Shown piece by piece: positions 1-9,556 of a stretch of DNA of 64,000 bases. Location: contig JAJFLO010000040.1 of NCBI GenBank assembly GCA_021772675.1, positions 5,083 through 69,082 on the forward strand, read 5' to 3'. The notes under the pieces are model-generated. The model was not told the origin of the DNA. It ran no database searches and saw only the letters and a list, made by a program, of their open reading frames with translations. Both the position numbers and the translations under genes were made by a program. How positions within the stretch are numbered: the first letter of the stretch is position 1; the number at the start of each line of letters is the position of its first letter. Origin of the DNA: Verrucomicrobiota bacterium (lineage in GTDB: Bacteria; Verrucomicrobiota; Lentisphaeria; JABSQK01; JAJFLO01).

Positions 1-297
1 TCAGTCTCAGGCATAGTTTTGCAAGAGGCTCAGGTATTATACAAATTAGCAATATGTCGCCACTTCGCGGAGGCTTTCTTTAAATGCATTTGCTTCGTTA
101 GTAAGCAGTTGCAGTAGTCACTACAGCTAAAGACTTACTGCCTGGCAACTACATTCAAAGAAAACCTTCACGGATTCAGGGAATATTCAAAACTTGAACG
201 ACGTATAACATTCTCTAATGACGTATAACGTTCTCTAATAAAGTAAAGTTGGGTGGTTCTGAAGTCCATATTTCAATGTGCAGGTGATCCTTAAATT

Positions 298-440
298 GAG
301 TCCGTATTCAAAATGTGGGTGGCAAATAGTAAATCGTTCGCCGCGGCGAATGAATAACATATGCCCAGTCTGTAATTGCCACGCTACTATTACTTCAACT
401 CAGGAAGTTCAGGAACCACTCACATTTTGAATACGAACTC
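298..440. repeat. MITE-like palindromic element, family D (termini GAGTCCGTATTCAAAATGTGGGTGG ... CCACTCACATTTTGAATACGAACTC)
   Basis: About 25-nt terminal inverted repeats are visible directly. The interior holds the perfect palindrome TTCGCCGCGGCGAA. A second copy lies at 9187-9327. Confidence 0.55.
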
Positions 441-712
441 CAATAATTGAAAAATCAAGCCGAAGGTTGACACTTATCCTGAATTAGGGATTTGTTGCCC
501 TGCTTCCATCGGAGCCTGTCTTATAACGCCCGGCTGAACTCCAAAACAACACAGTAGAAACGTTACCCGATATTTGAGAACATGCACTCGAATTAATTCC
601 TGGTGTGGTCAAGCATGGGCATTAGAGATTTTCAAACAGGCTCTGGCTATAAAAAAACGACTTGGTCTAACCGAGAATCAATGAGCCGAAAATACATTTT
701 AATCCGAACGGG

Positions 713-1873
713 TTAAGCCTCTTCAATGAGTTTTCTAAACCTCTGAAACAAGTATTGAGGATCATGAGGGCCGGGACCGGATTCAGGATGATATTGTACC
801 GCAAACATCGGTTCTTTTTTGTGTCGTATACCCTCAATGGTATTGTCATTCAAATTAACGTGGGTGATTTCCAGGTTGTCCAGATTAGATGTGTCAGCAT
901 CAATTGCAAAATTATGATTTTGTGAGGTGATTTCAATCTTTTCGGTCGTCAAGTCTTTAACCGGATGATTACAGCCATGGTGACCAAATTTCAGCCGATA
1001 GGTTTCCCCACCGCATGCAAGCCCTAATAATTGGTGTCCAAGACAAATACCCATAATCGGGACTTTGCCGATCAATTGCTTTGCATTATCAATTGCGTAG
1101 GAAACTGCTGCCGGATCAGCGGGTCCGTTTGAAAAAAATATGCCGTCTGGTTTAAGTTTTAAAACTTCCTCAGGAGTTGTTTTTGCTGGGACAACGGTTA
1201 CGTCCATACCACATATTCGCATATTTCTGAGAATATTGTATTTAATACCAAAATCGTATGCAACGACATGAAGATCGACATTTGGCAATTTATCTGACAA
1301 ACCCCAATAATCTTTGCTGCTGCATTCAACACTCCATTCGTAGGAATTGTCACAACTTACTTTTGATGCATAGTCTTGCCCATCAAGGCCTTCCCAATTC
1401 TTTGCATCGTGGATCGCGTCGGCTTCTTTTACATTACCACTGACACAGAGAAAACCCTTCATTGTGCCCTCTGTTCTGAGTTTTATGGTCAATGCTCTGG
1501 TGTCGATCCCAGCAATTGCCGGGATTTTATTGACCTGGAGGAAATCGGAAAGCGATTGTTCACTGCGCCAGTTTGCAGGTTGATTTAACTCATGAATGAT
1601 TAGGCCATTGAGAAATATTCCTCTGGATTCCATATCAGCAGAATTAATACCTGTATTTCCAATTTCAGGATATGTCATCGTTACGAATTGACCGCAATAT
1701 GACGGATCACTCAGAATCTCTTGATAACCAGTCATGCCTGTATTGAAAACAATTTCACCTGTTCCATCAATTGTGAATCCAATTGAGTATCCTCTATAGA
1801 TCGTCCCGTCCTCAAGCGCGAGAAATGCTTTTTGATCTCGTTTTTCCTGCCATTGCCAATTCATTTGAGTCAT
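713..1873 (-). CDS. carA: carbamoyl-phosphate synthase small (glutamine amidotransferase) subunit
   Basis: 386-aa ORF. The N-terminal CPSase small-chain region reads ALEDGTIYRGYSIG...GYQEILSDPSYCGQ. The class I GATase triad context is GICLGHQLL, HHGCNHPV and QYHPE. Confidence 0.95.
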   Translation of the reverse strand: MTQMNWQWQEKRDQKAFLALEDGTIYRGYSIGFTIDGTGEIVFNTGMTGYQEILSDPSYCGQFVTMTYPEIGNTGINSADMESRGIFLNGLIIHELNQPANWRSEQSLSDFLQVNKIPAIAGIDTRALTIKLRTEGTMKGFLCVSGNVKEADAIHDAKNWEGLDGQDYASKVSCDNSYEWSVECSSKDYWGLSDKLPNVDLHVVAYDFGIKYNILRNMRICGMDVTVVPAKTTPEEVLKLKPDGIFFSNGPADPAAVSYAIDNAKQLIGKVPIMGICLGHQLLGLACGGETYRLKFGHHGCNHPVKDLTTEKIEITSQNHNFAIDADTSNLDNLEITHVNLNDNTIEGIRHKKEPMFAVQYHPESGPGPHDPQYLFQRFRKLIEEA

Positions 1874-1912
1874 GTTGCTTTACCGTTTTTTGAAATTTAA
1901 TATTGAAAATAT

Positions 1913-2004
1913 ATACCGAAAGCCATCAGGTTTTAGACAGGTTTCTGTAAAATCACTGCCTAAATTGACAAACGAATGTCGAAAAACTTACTGCTTGCAG
2001 TATA
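1913..2004. repeat. ~92-nt structured intergenic repeat, family B
   Basis: ATACCG..CCATCAGGTTTT.GACAGGTTTCTGTAAAAT....TGTCGAAAAAC.TACTGCTTGCAGTATA. CAGGTTTTCGACAG can pair with CTGTCGAAAAACCT. Other copies lie at 11685-11776 and 33967-34058 (inverted), with a truncated copy near 18407-18460. Confidence 0.6.
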
Positions 2005-2317
2005 ACTAGAAGAATTTTATAAACTATAATCGTTTTATTCTATGTGCTTATATTTGGAAAAATATTTTTATATTTTTAGAATTTATAACCAAATTAAGGT
2101 TTAGCTTACCTCTGCTATTAGAAGGAACATAAGGATTCTTTATTAGTCATAAGTGTGTTTTGTCTGATTTAATTTAATTTTTTTAAGTGTCCTCATATTT
2201 CTGATATTATCATAGGGATTTTAGGAAGATCAAGTTGGTATTTACTGATTTCGATCGTTAAGTTCAGGGCGAAATCAGGTATAATCAATTTTATAAATTT
2301 AAAGAGGACATTTTATT

Positions 2318-2740
2318 ATGGGTTTAAACGAAATGCCAATGGGCCTTTCCCTGTTGATATGCGATTTAATTATACAAGACAAACAAACCAATAAACGAAC
2401 GTTGGTTGGTTTGTTTGATCGCTTATTTACTGCAAAACTTCCATGTGTTCATCCGTCGTTGTCCATCTTTGTATCGTTGACGAGCGGACATGGGCAGTAT
2501 AATTGCGAAATTGTCTGTCGTCATCAAGCTAAAGAAGAAGTTGCTTTTTCTGTAAAGGGAAAAGTTGCATTCCAAAATCCCTTGCAGGTTGTTGAGCTGG
2601 TGTTTAATGTTCAAGGAATCACGTTTCGTCATGAAGGTGAATATTGGTTGGAATTTAATGTTGATGGAGTTCCCGTTATGATGAGGCGGATATTTATTGT
2701 CCTAAAGAAGAAAGAATCGAAAGAATCCGGATCGAAATAA
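2318..2740 (+). CDS. hypothetical protein (140 aa)
   Basis: ORF preceded by AAAGAGGA about 10 nt upstream of the ATG. Its stop lies 3 nt before the gspF start. No recognisable motif. Confidence 0.55.
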   Translation: MGLNEMPMGLSLLICDLIIQDKQTNKRTLVGLFDRLFTAKLPCVHPSLSIFVSLTSGHGQYNCEIVCRHQAKEEVAFSVKGKVAFQNPLQVVELVFNVQGITFRHEGEYWLEFNVDGVPVMMRRIFIVLKKKESKESGSK

Positions 2741-2743
2741 TAT

Positions 2744-3949
2744 ATGCCTCTTTATAAGTTTAAGATTTCAAATTCCGCCGGGAAAATACAGGAGCTTTTG
2801 ATTGAAGGTGATAATCAGGCTGACGCAACTCGACGGGTACAAATTCGCGGTCTGATCCCAATAGAATTTTTGGGTCAAAGTGACAGTTCATCTTCCTCAT
2901 CTCCTATGCAGTGGGGATTTCGGAAAAAATTTGACGTTGCTGATTTTACGGATCGACTTGTTCCGCTGCTCCAGGCTGATATCCCATTAGAAAAAGCATT
3001 GGCGATTGTTGAGGAAACCGGTGAAAGTCAGAATGAAAAGGAAATAATTTCCAGTTTAAGACGAGGATTGCATGAAGGTCGAAAGTTTTCACAACTCATT
3101 AGTGATAGAAGCCAGTTATTCCCCAAAATGTATGCAAGCATCGTTGAAGCAGGGGAAGAAGCAGGCGCTTTACCTCAGGTTTTGGGTCAGTTAAGGGATT
3201 TTCTGAACATGACCCGCGAAATGAAAGCTTTTTTAATTTCGGCATCAATTTATCCCTTTTTCGTCATTATGGTTTGTATCGGTGTAATCTCCCTGCTTCT
3301 TGGGATTGTTGTACCTCGATTTGCACGGGTCATTGTCAGTACCGGACGGGAGCCGTCATTCAGTACACAATTATTATTAAATGCGTCTGAATTCATTCGC
3401 CATTACTGGTGGGGCGGATGTATTCTAATCGTGGTAGCTATGTTTATTGTAAAACAGGTAGAACATGAAGGTAAGGTAAAGGAAATTTGGGATTCCGTGG
3501 TATTGAAACTTCCATTCTTAAGTCGCATAGTTATTCTTGCAAATATCGGACGTCAGGTAAGAACAATGTCAATCTTAATGAAGAGTGGAGTGCATTTACT
3601 GGATACGGTTGCTATATCAGCCAAGGTTTTGCAAAATAATAAATTAAGAGATTCTATTGCTGGATTAGCGGCGGAACTGAGGCGGGGAGAGCGTTTATCT
3701 TCTGCATTAAGTCGTAGTCAGTACATCCCTCCGCTAGTCGTCCGCATGTTAGCTGTTGGTGAAGAAACGGGTGCAAGTGATGAAATGCTTGAGCGGGTGG
3801 CGGACCGATATGATGGCGAACTTAAACAAATAATAAAGAGAGCATTGTCCTGGTTCGAACCGATGGTAATTGTATTGTTAGGTGGCATAGTCGGAACCAT
3901 TGTTTTGTTACTGTTTTTGGCCGTTTTGGATATTCAAAGCAGTTTTTAG
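2744..3949 (+). CDS. gspF: type II secretion / type IV pilus platform protein, GspF/PilC family
   Basis: 401 aa with a duplicated T2SSF-type architecture, three hydrophobic TM stretches and conserved (A/V)GEE(A/T)G motifs (IVEAGEEAGAL, LAVGEETGASDEML). Confidence 0.9.
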   Translation: MPLYKFKISNSAGKIQELLIEGDNQADATRRVQIRGLIPIEFLGQSDSSSSSSPMQWGFRKKFDVADFTDRLVPLLQADIPLEKALAIVEETGESQNEKEIISSLRRGLHEGRKFSQLISDRSQLFPKMYASIVEAGEEAGALPQVLGQLRDFLNMTREMKAFLISASIYPFFVIMVCIGVISLLLGIVVPRFARVIVSTGREPSFSTQLLLNASEFIRHYWWGGCILIVVAMFIVKQVEHEGKVKEIWDSVVLKLPFLSRIVILANIGRQVRTMSILMKSGVHLLDTVAISAKVLQNNKLRDSIAGLAAELRRGERLSSALSRSQYIPPLVVRMLAVGEETGASDEMLERVADRYDGELKQIIKRALSWFEPMVIVLLGGIVGTIVLLLFLAVLDIQSSF

Positions 3950-4087
3950 ATCATAGGCTAACAAAATATTTTCAGTTTGAATTATTTCTGACGTTTTCAT
4001 GAATACTTTACTAGATGTTTGGTGTCAATAACCTTGAAAAGAGATTTAACGCAAAAAAAATTAAGAAACAGTTACAAGGATAATGAA

Positions 4088-4528
4088 ATGAATAAGATGA
4101 AATTTCAAAACAGGAAAATAGTAAGATCCTATTTTTCACTTACAGAATTAATGGTTGTATTATTGATTATTGGTCTTGTCGTCGGTTTAGTCGGACCTGC
4201 CTTATTTGAACGATACCAGGAAGCACAGAGAAAAGCAGCTAAAGCGCAAATCATGCTCATAAAGGAATGTGTTAAAAGTTATTATCTAGATATGAATGAG
4301 TTCCCACGATCATTAGAAGATGTTACCCGAAACCCCGGATCCGGCGGCAATTGGAAAGGGCCATATATTGAAGATGGCATCATTCCCAAAGATCCATGGG
4401 GTAATGATTATCTTTTTGATTCTCCTGGTAGGGACAATCGGGCATTTGAAATTTACAGTTATGCAAAAGATAACGCTCCCGGTGGAGAGGGTGGAGATGC
4501 TGATGTGGGCAGTTGGACTGAGCAATAA
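4088..4528 (+). CDS. gspG: type II secretion major pseudopilin GspG
   Basis: Prepilin N-terminus FSLTELMVVLLIIGLV, then the GspG core KDPWGNDYLF...YSYAKDNAPGGEGGDADVGSW. The start was chosen at the in-frame ATG 4088, behind AAGGA. The ORF track begins at GTG 4019. Confidence 0.9.
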   Translation: MNKMKFQNRKIVRSYFSLTELMVVLLIIGLVVGLVGPALFERYQEAQRKAAKAQIMLIKECVKSYYLDMNEFPRSLEDVTRNPGSGGNWKGPYIEDGIIPKDPWGNDYLFDSPGRDNRAFEIYSYAKDNAPGGEGGDADVGSWTEQ

Positions 4529-5141
4529 AGACAGTGATTTGTTTGATATACGACTAAATCCTCCTTTTTTATACTGTCATCGGGCTTCTTGCAGCAGCTC
4601 ATTTGAATCGTGTTATCGAAGATCATATTGCACTAAACGCTCTAGATTTACGCTTATAGAAGTCATTATTGTCCTGGTAATTTTTGGACTGATTTTAGGA
4701 ATAGTAGTACCGAAAGTCGGGCATATCTCTTCTGGCATAATTCGGTCAAATGCGATCAAAAATATTAAGTCTTCCTTTTACATGGCTTCCAGTATTGCTG
4801 CTGCTTCAGGAAAACCAGTAAAACTCAAATTCAATATTGAGCAAAAGTCAATTGACATTAATCGTTCCGCCTCGACGAATACAAGCCATTTCGAGGATGA
4901 ATTTGACATGCCGAGAGGCAGCATTTTTGATGATCTTAAACAATTTTACTTGCCTGAAAGTACCGAGTTAGATCCTCATTCTTTTAATGATTATTCTGAT
5001 GATGCATTTGAGTACAGCTTTTTTCCGAATGGTGAAGCTGCCGGTCCAAATATTTCGATTTTGATTGAAGAAAGTATTGTCGTATCAATTGATGTTGATC
5101 GTTTAACCGGTAAACCCCTGATAAAAATAGATGAACACTAA
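4503..5141 (+). CDS. minor pseudopilin, GspH-like (prepilin-type N-terminal domain)
   Basis: RFTLIEVIIVLVIFGLILG prepilin motif at about nt 4644. The start is uncertain. ATG 4503 overlaps the gspG end, and the 4320 start in the ORF track would overlap gspG heavily. Confidence 0.5.
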   Translation: MWAVGLSNKDSDLFDIRLNPPFLYCHRASCSSSFESCYRRSYCTKRSRFTLIEVIIVLVIFGLILGIVVPKVGHISSGIIRSNAIKNIKSSFYMASSIAAASGKPVKLKFNIEQKSIDINRSASTNTSHFEDEFDMPRGSIFDDLKQFYLPESTELDPHSFNDYSDDAFEYSFFPNGEAAGPNISILIEESIVVSIDVDRLTGKPLIKIDEH

Positions 5142-5274
5142 ACGTTGCATAAAAGAAAGTTTGACACGGTTGTGTCAATTTTTTATGATCAGTAGAGATG
5201 ACCTCCTAAATGGTCGCGATACTATGCCAGGAACACTCCAGAATTTAACCCCCCAATATCAACACATTCATCAG

Positions 5275-5688
5275 ATGTCATTGAAACGACGAATTACCAG
5301 CCATTTTACGCTCATAGAAATTCTGTTTGCTATGATTATTCTTGCATTGTCCCTTGGAGTAACATTAGCAATATCAGCACAAGCCAAGGGTGAAATTATC
5401 AGAGCACAACAGCGCTGGATCATGCAGCATTCATTAGAGCAGGTTGTCGAATATTGTTTGCTGGCAGATCCAGAACATATAAAGGTGCCAGATGATTTGT
5501 TGCCGGTAGGGTTTTCGGCGGAATGTCAAGTTGATATTGTAGAAGAAGGACTTCCAGAATTTGCCCTAGTCGAAGATTATAAAGGATGGCAGCTTGGTGT
5601 CTATACCATAACCGTTTACAATCGTTCAGGCGATTTGAGCAGTGAACAGATTGTCCATAAACTGATTCCTCAAGATCGTGGATTCTGA
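5275..5688 (+). CDS. minor pseudopilin, GspI-like
   Basis: MSLKRRITSHFTLIEILFAMIILALSLG prepilin-type N-terminus. The start is placed at the in-frame ATG 5275. Confidence 0.55.
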   Translation: MSLKRRITSHFTLIEILFAMIILALSLGVTLAISAQAKGEIIRAQQRWIMQHSLEQVVEYCLLADPEHIKVPDDLLPVGFSAECQVDIVEEGLPEFALVEDYKGWQLGVYTITVYNRSGDLSSEQIVHKLIPQDRGF

Positions 5689-6335
5689 TGGGTAAATCAC
5701 ATCAAAAAATCAAATGGTTTACTCTGGTTGAGGTTATCATTGCCATTTCTCTTTTAGTGACGGTTATCGGGATTTTGTTTTTGGGTACAGGTACGGTAAT
5801 GAGTTCCTGGGAGCAACTAGGCAGGCATACCAAGAGTTTGGAAGAACTGTTTCTTTTAGACCGGAGTCTGGACGCTTTACTCACGAATATCATTCCGTTA
5901 ACCTGGCCGGATGAAGACAACATCAAACAAGAATCTTTGTTTTTTGGTGAAAGTAACAAGGTTGTTTTTAGTTATATCCATTCGTTTAACCAGCTTGAGG
6001 ATGGCGCCATTCGTACGTGCAGCATGTTCGTTGAAGATGATGAGTTAGTCGTTTATTACTGCGAACGTCCACCCTTTCCCGATAACTTAAATTCAGACAT
6101 TTTGAAACGATCTGTATTGGCTTATGGAATTGAATCTATTGGATTTGCCTACGCTGATATGGAAGAAGGTGATCTTGAATTTAAGGATACATGGGAAGAG
6201 GAAGATTACCTGCCTTTAGGTATTCGGATCAATGTCAGATTTTTAAATGGTGCCAAGCAGAGTTGGCTTCGAAGAACCGCTGGTTCGTCATTTTATGAAC
6301 GGTGGGGGAAATGGGAGCAGAAAGAACGAATATGA
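5688..6335 (+). CDS. minor pseudopilin, GspJ-like
   Basis: MGKSHQKIKWFTLVEVIIAISLLV prepilin-type N-terminus. The ATG overlaps the upstream TGA by 1 nt (TGATG). Confidence 0.6.
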   Translation: MGKSHQKIKWFTLVEVIIAISLLVTVIGILFLGTGTVMSSWEQLGRHTKSLEELFLLDRSLDALLTNIIPLTWPDEDNIKQESLFFGESNKVVFSYIHSFNQLEDGAIRTCSMFVEDDELVVYYCERPPFPDNLNSDILKRSVLAYGIESIGFAYADMEEGDLEFKDTWEEEDYLPLGIRINVRFLNGAKQSWLRRTAGSSFYERWGKWEQKERI

Positions 6336-7417
6336 AATTTAATCGATATCGTTATCATCCAGCCGATATACCATTGAAAAATGAGAATGGTTTAGCATTG
6401 ATTATTGTCCTTGGTGTTGTCAGTTTGTTTACGGTACTTTCCGGTATGTTAATCAGTTCTTCAAAGGTTGCGGGAATCAATTCGAAAATCAACGTGGACC
6501 GAAGTCGAGCCAAATATGCGGCAGAATCTGCCACTGCGTTTACTCATTGGATGGTGATGAATTACAACTATAATCGGCCCGCAGAGTTAATTGAGGAAGA
6601 TTCGGACGAAGAGGCGTGGTTGGCAGACGGCACTAGTCATAAACTTAATATGGTAGACGGCTTGACTGCCGAAGTAAAGATTTTTGATGTAAATCGGGGA
6701 TGGAATATTCTCCAACTCCGAAACGAAAAATCGAAACTGATTAATCGCTATGCATTGGAAGATGATGAAAAGCGTGAAAATTTTGAGCGATTCTTTGCTG
6801 TGTTTAATGATTATATTGACAGAGACAATAAAAACCGCAGCCACCCGGATTATGGTATGGAAAATGACGATTATGACGCTCTGGATTATGAAAATTTTCC
6901 AAGAAACAGCAGTGTCGTTTTTAGGGAAGAAATGTATTGGCTTGATGGCGTAAAGTTTCTCGTGCCTAATTTAGGAAATTTTGAATTGGCCACTGCATTA
7001 CCTGATGATTTATTCAGAGTTATTGCTCCGCGTGGCATTGCTGATCCGGGTTCGAATCAGTATTCATTTTGGTCCGCGCCGATGCATTGGCTGGAATCGA
7101 ATAGCGGAGATGGTTTTTCAAGTTCTGAAGAGAATATAATCAAGGAATGCCGGGAAAAAGGATTTATTGATGAATTAAACTTGCAGGAATGTTTGGGATT
7201 TGACCTATACTCAAAATTAAAATCAATAAGAGGATTGTCCTTTGATCCAAAGAGTACACAGGTTTATACCATTGACGTTACTGTCTCAAGTGCTAATGGA
7301 GAAATTAGTCGACGAATGGTCAGCACCATGAATCTAAAAAATTTACCTGCATTTGTCGGTAATAGCGATGTTGGATCAATTACCATTCTTCCATACTGGC
7401 AAAAAATATTTTATTGA
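6332..7417 (+). CDS. GspK-like pseudopilin/secretion protein
   Basis: N-terminus NENGLALIIVLGVVSLFTVLSGML, typical of GspK (no processed Phe). ATGA overlap with the upstream gene, and the position follows the G-H-I-J order. Confidence 0.5.
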   Translation: MKFNRYRYHPADIPLKNENGLALIIVLGVVSLFTVLSGMLISSSKVAGINSKINVDRSRAKYAAESATAFTHWMVMNYNYNRPAELIEEDSDEEAWLADGTSHKLNMVDGLTAEVKIFDVNRGWNILQLRNEKSKLINRYALEDDEKRENFERFFAVFNDYIDRDNKNRSHPDYGMENDDYDALDYENFPRNSSVVFREEMYWLDGVKFLVPNLGNFELATALPDDLFRVIAPRGIADPGSNQYSFWSAPMHWLESNSGDGFSSSEENIIKECREKGFIDELNLQECLGFDLYSKLKSIRGLSFDPKSTQVYTIDVTVSSANGEISRRMVSTMNLKNLPAFVGNSDVGSITILPYWQKIFY

Positions 7418-7613
7418 ATCATTTATGAGCCTTCTCTGAAGCTTAAATATTTTTGGGGTTAGGTTTTAGATTTACGAATACGAATTACTTACACGGATAA
7501 CGTTGGAGGGTCGATGTCCTCAGCGACCGATATCCTTTGATAGCCAAGAATCGGACGTCGAGGACGCCGTCCCTCCAAAAATTATAAGTGAACCCAAGTT
7601 TCGTATTATTTTA

Positions 7614-7776
7614 ACTCACATTTTAGGTTTCATTTTTGATTTGTTAAAGTAACTCGGCCATTCCTGGCTGAGATACCTTGTGATTTGCGCAGCCAAGAAT
7701 GACGGCGTTACTCAGTTTTGATCGCAAGTTAACCATATTTGAATAACAAATCAAAAATGAAACCTAAAATGTGAGT
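7614..7776. repeat. composite MITE, family A: outer inverted repeats ACTCACATTTTAGGTTTCATTTTTGATTTGTTA enclosing a REP doublet (REPIN)
   Basis: The outer inverted repeats are read at both ends. Inner GTAACTCGGCCATTCCTGGCTG (7649-7670) pairs with CAGCCAAGAATGACGGCGTTAC (7690-7711). Other copies lie at 11909-12310 and 30356-30546. Confidence 0.7.
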
Positions 7777-7947
7777 ATTAACTAAGCCCGCGCATACGGG
7801 CTCTAAAATCGCTCTTCTAACTAAATGTAACGAAGTAGTAATGTGACTTATAGTGTTAATCTATTGCAAGACGTTCTGTCTCGAGGTACTTTTGTAGGAT
7901 TTCATTGAAGATATTACACAATCGGTTATTCTATAGGATTGAATTCT

Positions 7948-9000
7948 ATGAGCAGGTTGAGATTGACGAGCAACAGAGAAAATTCTTATCAATATTCGCA
8001 TCAGCATAAACGAACGGGAATAAAGGTTTTTGAAGCAACGTTATTGCTCATCGCGGTTTCCGCGATGGGAACTTTGGGTTATTATACCATCGAAGACTGG
8101 GGGTTGTTTGATTCCTTTTATATGACTGTAATAACTCTGGCGACGGTTGGTTATGGCGAGACTCATGATCTGAGTATGACAGGTAGACTTTTTACCGTGT
8201 TTCTCATTATAGTTTCGTTGGGCGTTGTCGGATATGGCGTGTCTAATTTAGCTGCATTTGTAGTTGAAGGTGAATTTCAACGTATGATTCAGGATCGAAA
8301 AATGGATAAACGAATCTCAAAAATGAAAGATCATATTATTCTTTGCGGTGCTGGACATAATGGAAAATGCGTTGCAGGAGAGTTTTACAAAACACAAACA
8401 CCATTCGTCATTATTGAAAAAAATCCAGAATATCTAAAGGCTGTATTTGAGATTGGTGACATTCCCTTTATCGAAGGAGACGCGACTCAAGACAGTGTCC
8501 TGCAATTAGCAGGCATCGACCGCGCGAAAGGATTAGTTACATCATTGTCAGATGATAAAGATAATACGTTCGTGGTTCTCAGTGCACGCTCCCTGAACCC
8601 AAAGTTAAAAATCATTGCCAGAAATATTGAGGTAGAGAATGCTGAAAAACTCCGAAAGGCGGGTGCAGATGAAGTTATTTCTCCCAATTCAATTGGCGGA
8701 TTACGAATGGCTTCAACGATGATTCGCCCATCTGTAGTTCAGTTCCTTGACGAGATGCTCAAAGATAAATCGAATACCATTCGATTTGATGAAGTAAAGG
8801 CCAATGACATTGCGTCGTTCATTGGATTATCGGTAAAAGAAGCCAATATTTCGAATAAAACGGGGTTACTTATTTTGGCTGTAATGCATGAAGACGGTGC
8901 CTACGATTTTAATCCGGATTCTGACATGATTTTCGCAAAAAATGATATTCTCCTCGTAATGGGCTCGCGTGATCAAATTGACAGGCTGAAAAATATATAA
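7948..9000 (+). CDS. potassium channel protein with RCK/TrkA-N and TrkA-C domains
   Basis: Two TM helices flank the selectivity filter TLATVGYGE. The Rossmann motif is ILCGAGHNG. A C-terminal TrkA-C-like region is present. The ORF opens at TTG 7939 and the first ATG is at 7948. Confidence 0.85.
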   Translation: MSRLRLTSNRENSYQYSHQHKRTGIKVFEATLLLIAVSAMGTLGYYTIEDWGLFDSFYMTVITLATVGYGETHDLSMTGRLFTVFLIIVSLGVVGYGVSNLAAFVVEGEFQRMIQDRKMDKRISKMKDHIILCGAGHNGKCVAGEFYKTQTPFVIIEKNPEYLKAVFEIGDIPFIEGDATQDSVLQLAGIDRAKGLVTSLSDDKDNTFVVLSARSLNPKLKIIARNIEVENAEKLRKAGADEVISPNSIGGLRMASTMIRPSVVQFLDEMLKDKSNTIRFDEVKANDIASFIGLSVKEANISNKTGLLILAVMHEDGAYDFNPDSDMIFAKNDILLVMGSRDQIDRLKNI

Positions 9001-9052
9001 CTTGATTGTCTGGGAATTTGTATTCTAAGTTGCTAAATGGTAACAGTTTTTG

Positions 9053-9146
9053 GGTGTCAGGTGTCAGGTGTCAGGTGTCAGGTGTCAGGTTTCAGGTTTC
9101 AGGTTTCAGGTTTCAGGTTTCAGGTTTCAGGTGCCAGGGGTCAATG
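9053..9146. repeat. heptanucleotide tandem repeat, about 5x GGTGTCA then about 6x GGTTTCA, with degenerate units
   Basis: Read directly: GGTGTCAGGTGTCAGGTGTCAGGTGTCAGGTGTCAGGTTTCAGGTTTCAGG... Confidence 0.85.
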
Positions 9147-9186
9147 TCAAGTCCGGGTTAAAAATTAAATGAGAATCACTTTATGT

Positions 9187-9327
9187 GAGTCCGTATTCAT
9201 GTTGTGAGTGGTAAAAAGTAACTCGGTCATTCCTGGCTGAATCAGGTGTGCGCCGTCAGGAATGACCACGTTACTTTGCGCAAACCCCGAGAATTTCCGG
9301 AGCCACTCACATTTTGAATACACACTC
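9187..9327. repeat. MITE-like element, family D, enclosing a REPIN
   Basis: Termini GAGTCCGTATTCATGTTGTGAGTGG ... CCACTCACATTTTGAATACACACTC. Inner GTAACTCGGTCATTCCTGGCTGA pairs with CGTCAGGAATGACCACGTTAC. Confidence 0.6.
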
Positions 9328-9556
9328 GACCTCCGCCCCGTTGAACGGGGCGGGACTACGAACGAGTTGCAATTAAATTTATAGCATCGAAGGTTCGAAG
9401 TAAAGTCCCGTTCATGAGTAGGACTGATTTTGCCAGTTGCTGCGGTAGAGAAGCTCGGAAAAGCTGGTTGATTAGTTACAAAAATTGAAATTAAATTATT
9501 ATTTTTATGAGTGATATGAAGTCCAATAACCTGTACATATTTGTAAGTGACGCTTA

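Noticed and set aside
4320-4502. The 5' part of ORF 4320-5141, which overlaps gspG
   Set aside because: This stretch is the +1-frame shadow of the well-supported gspG coding sequence. The prepilin motif of the real gene starts near 4644, so a downstream start is more plausible.
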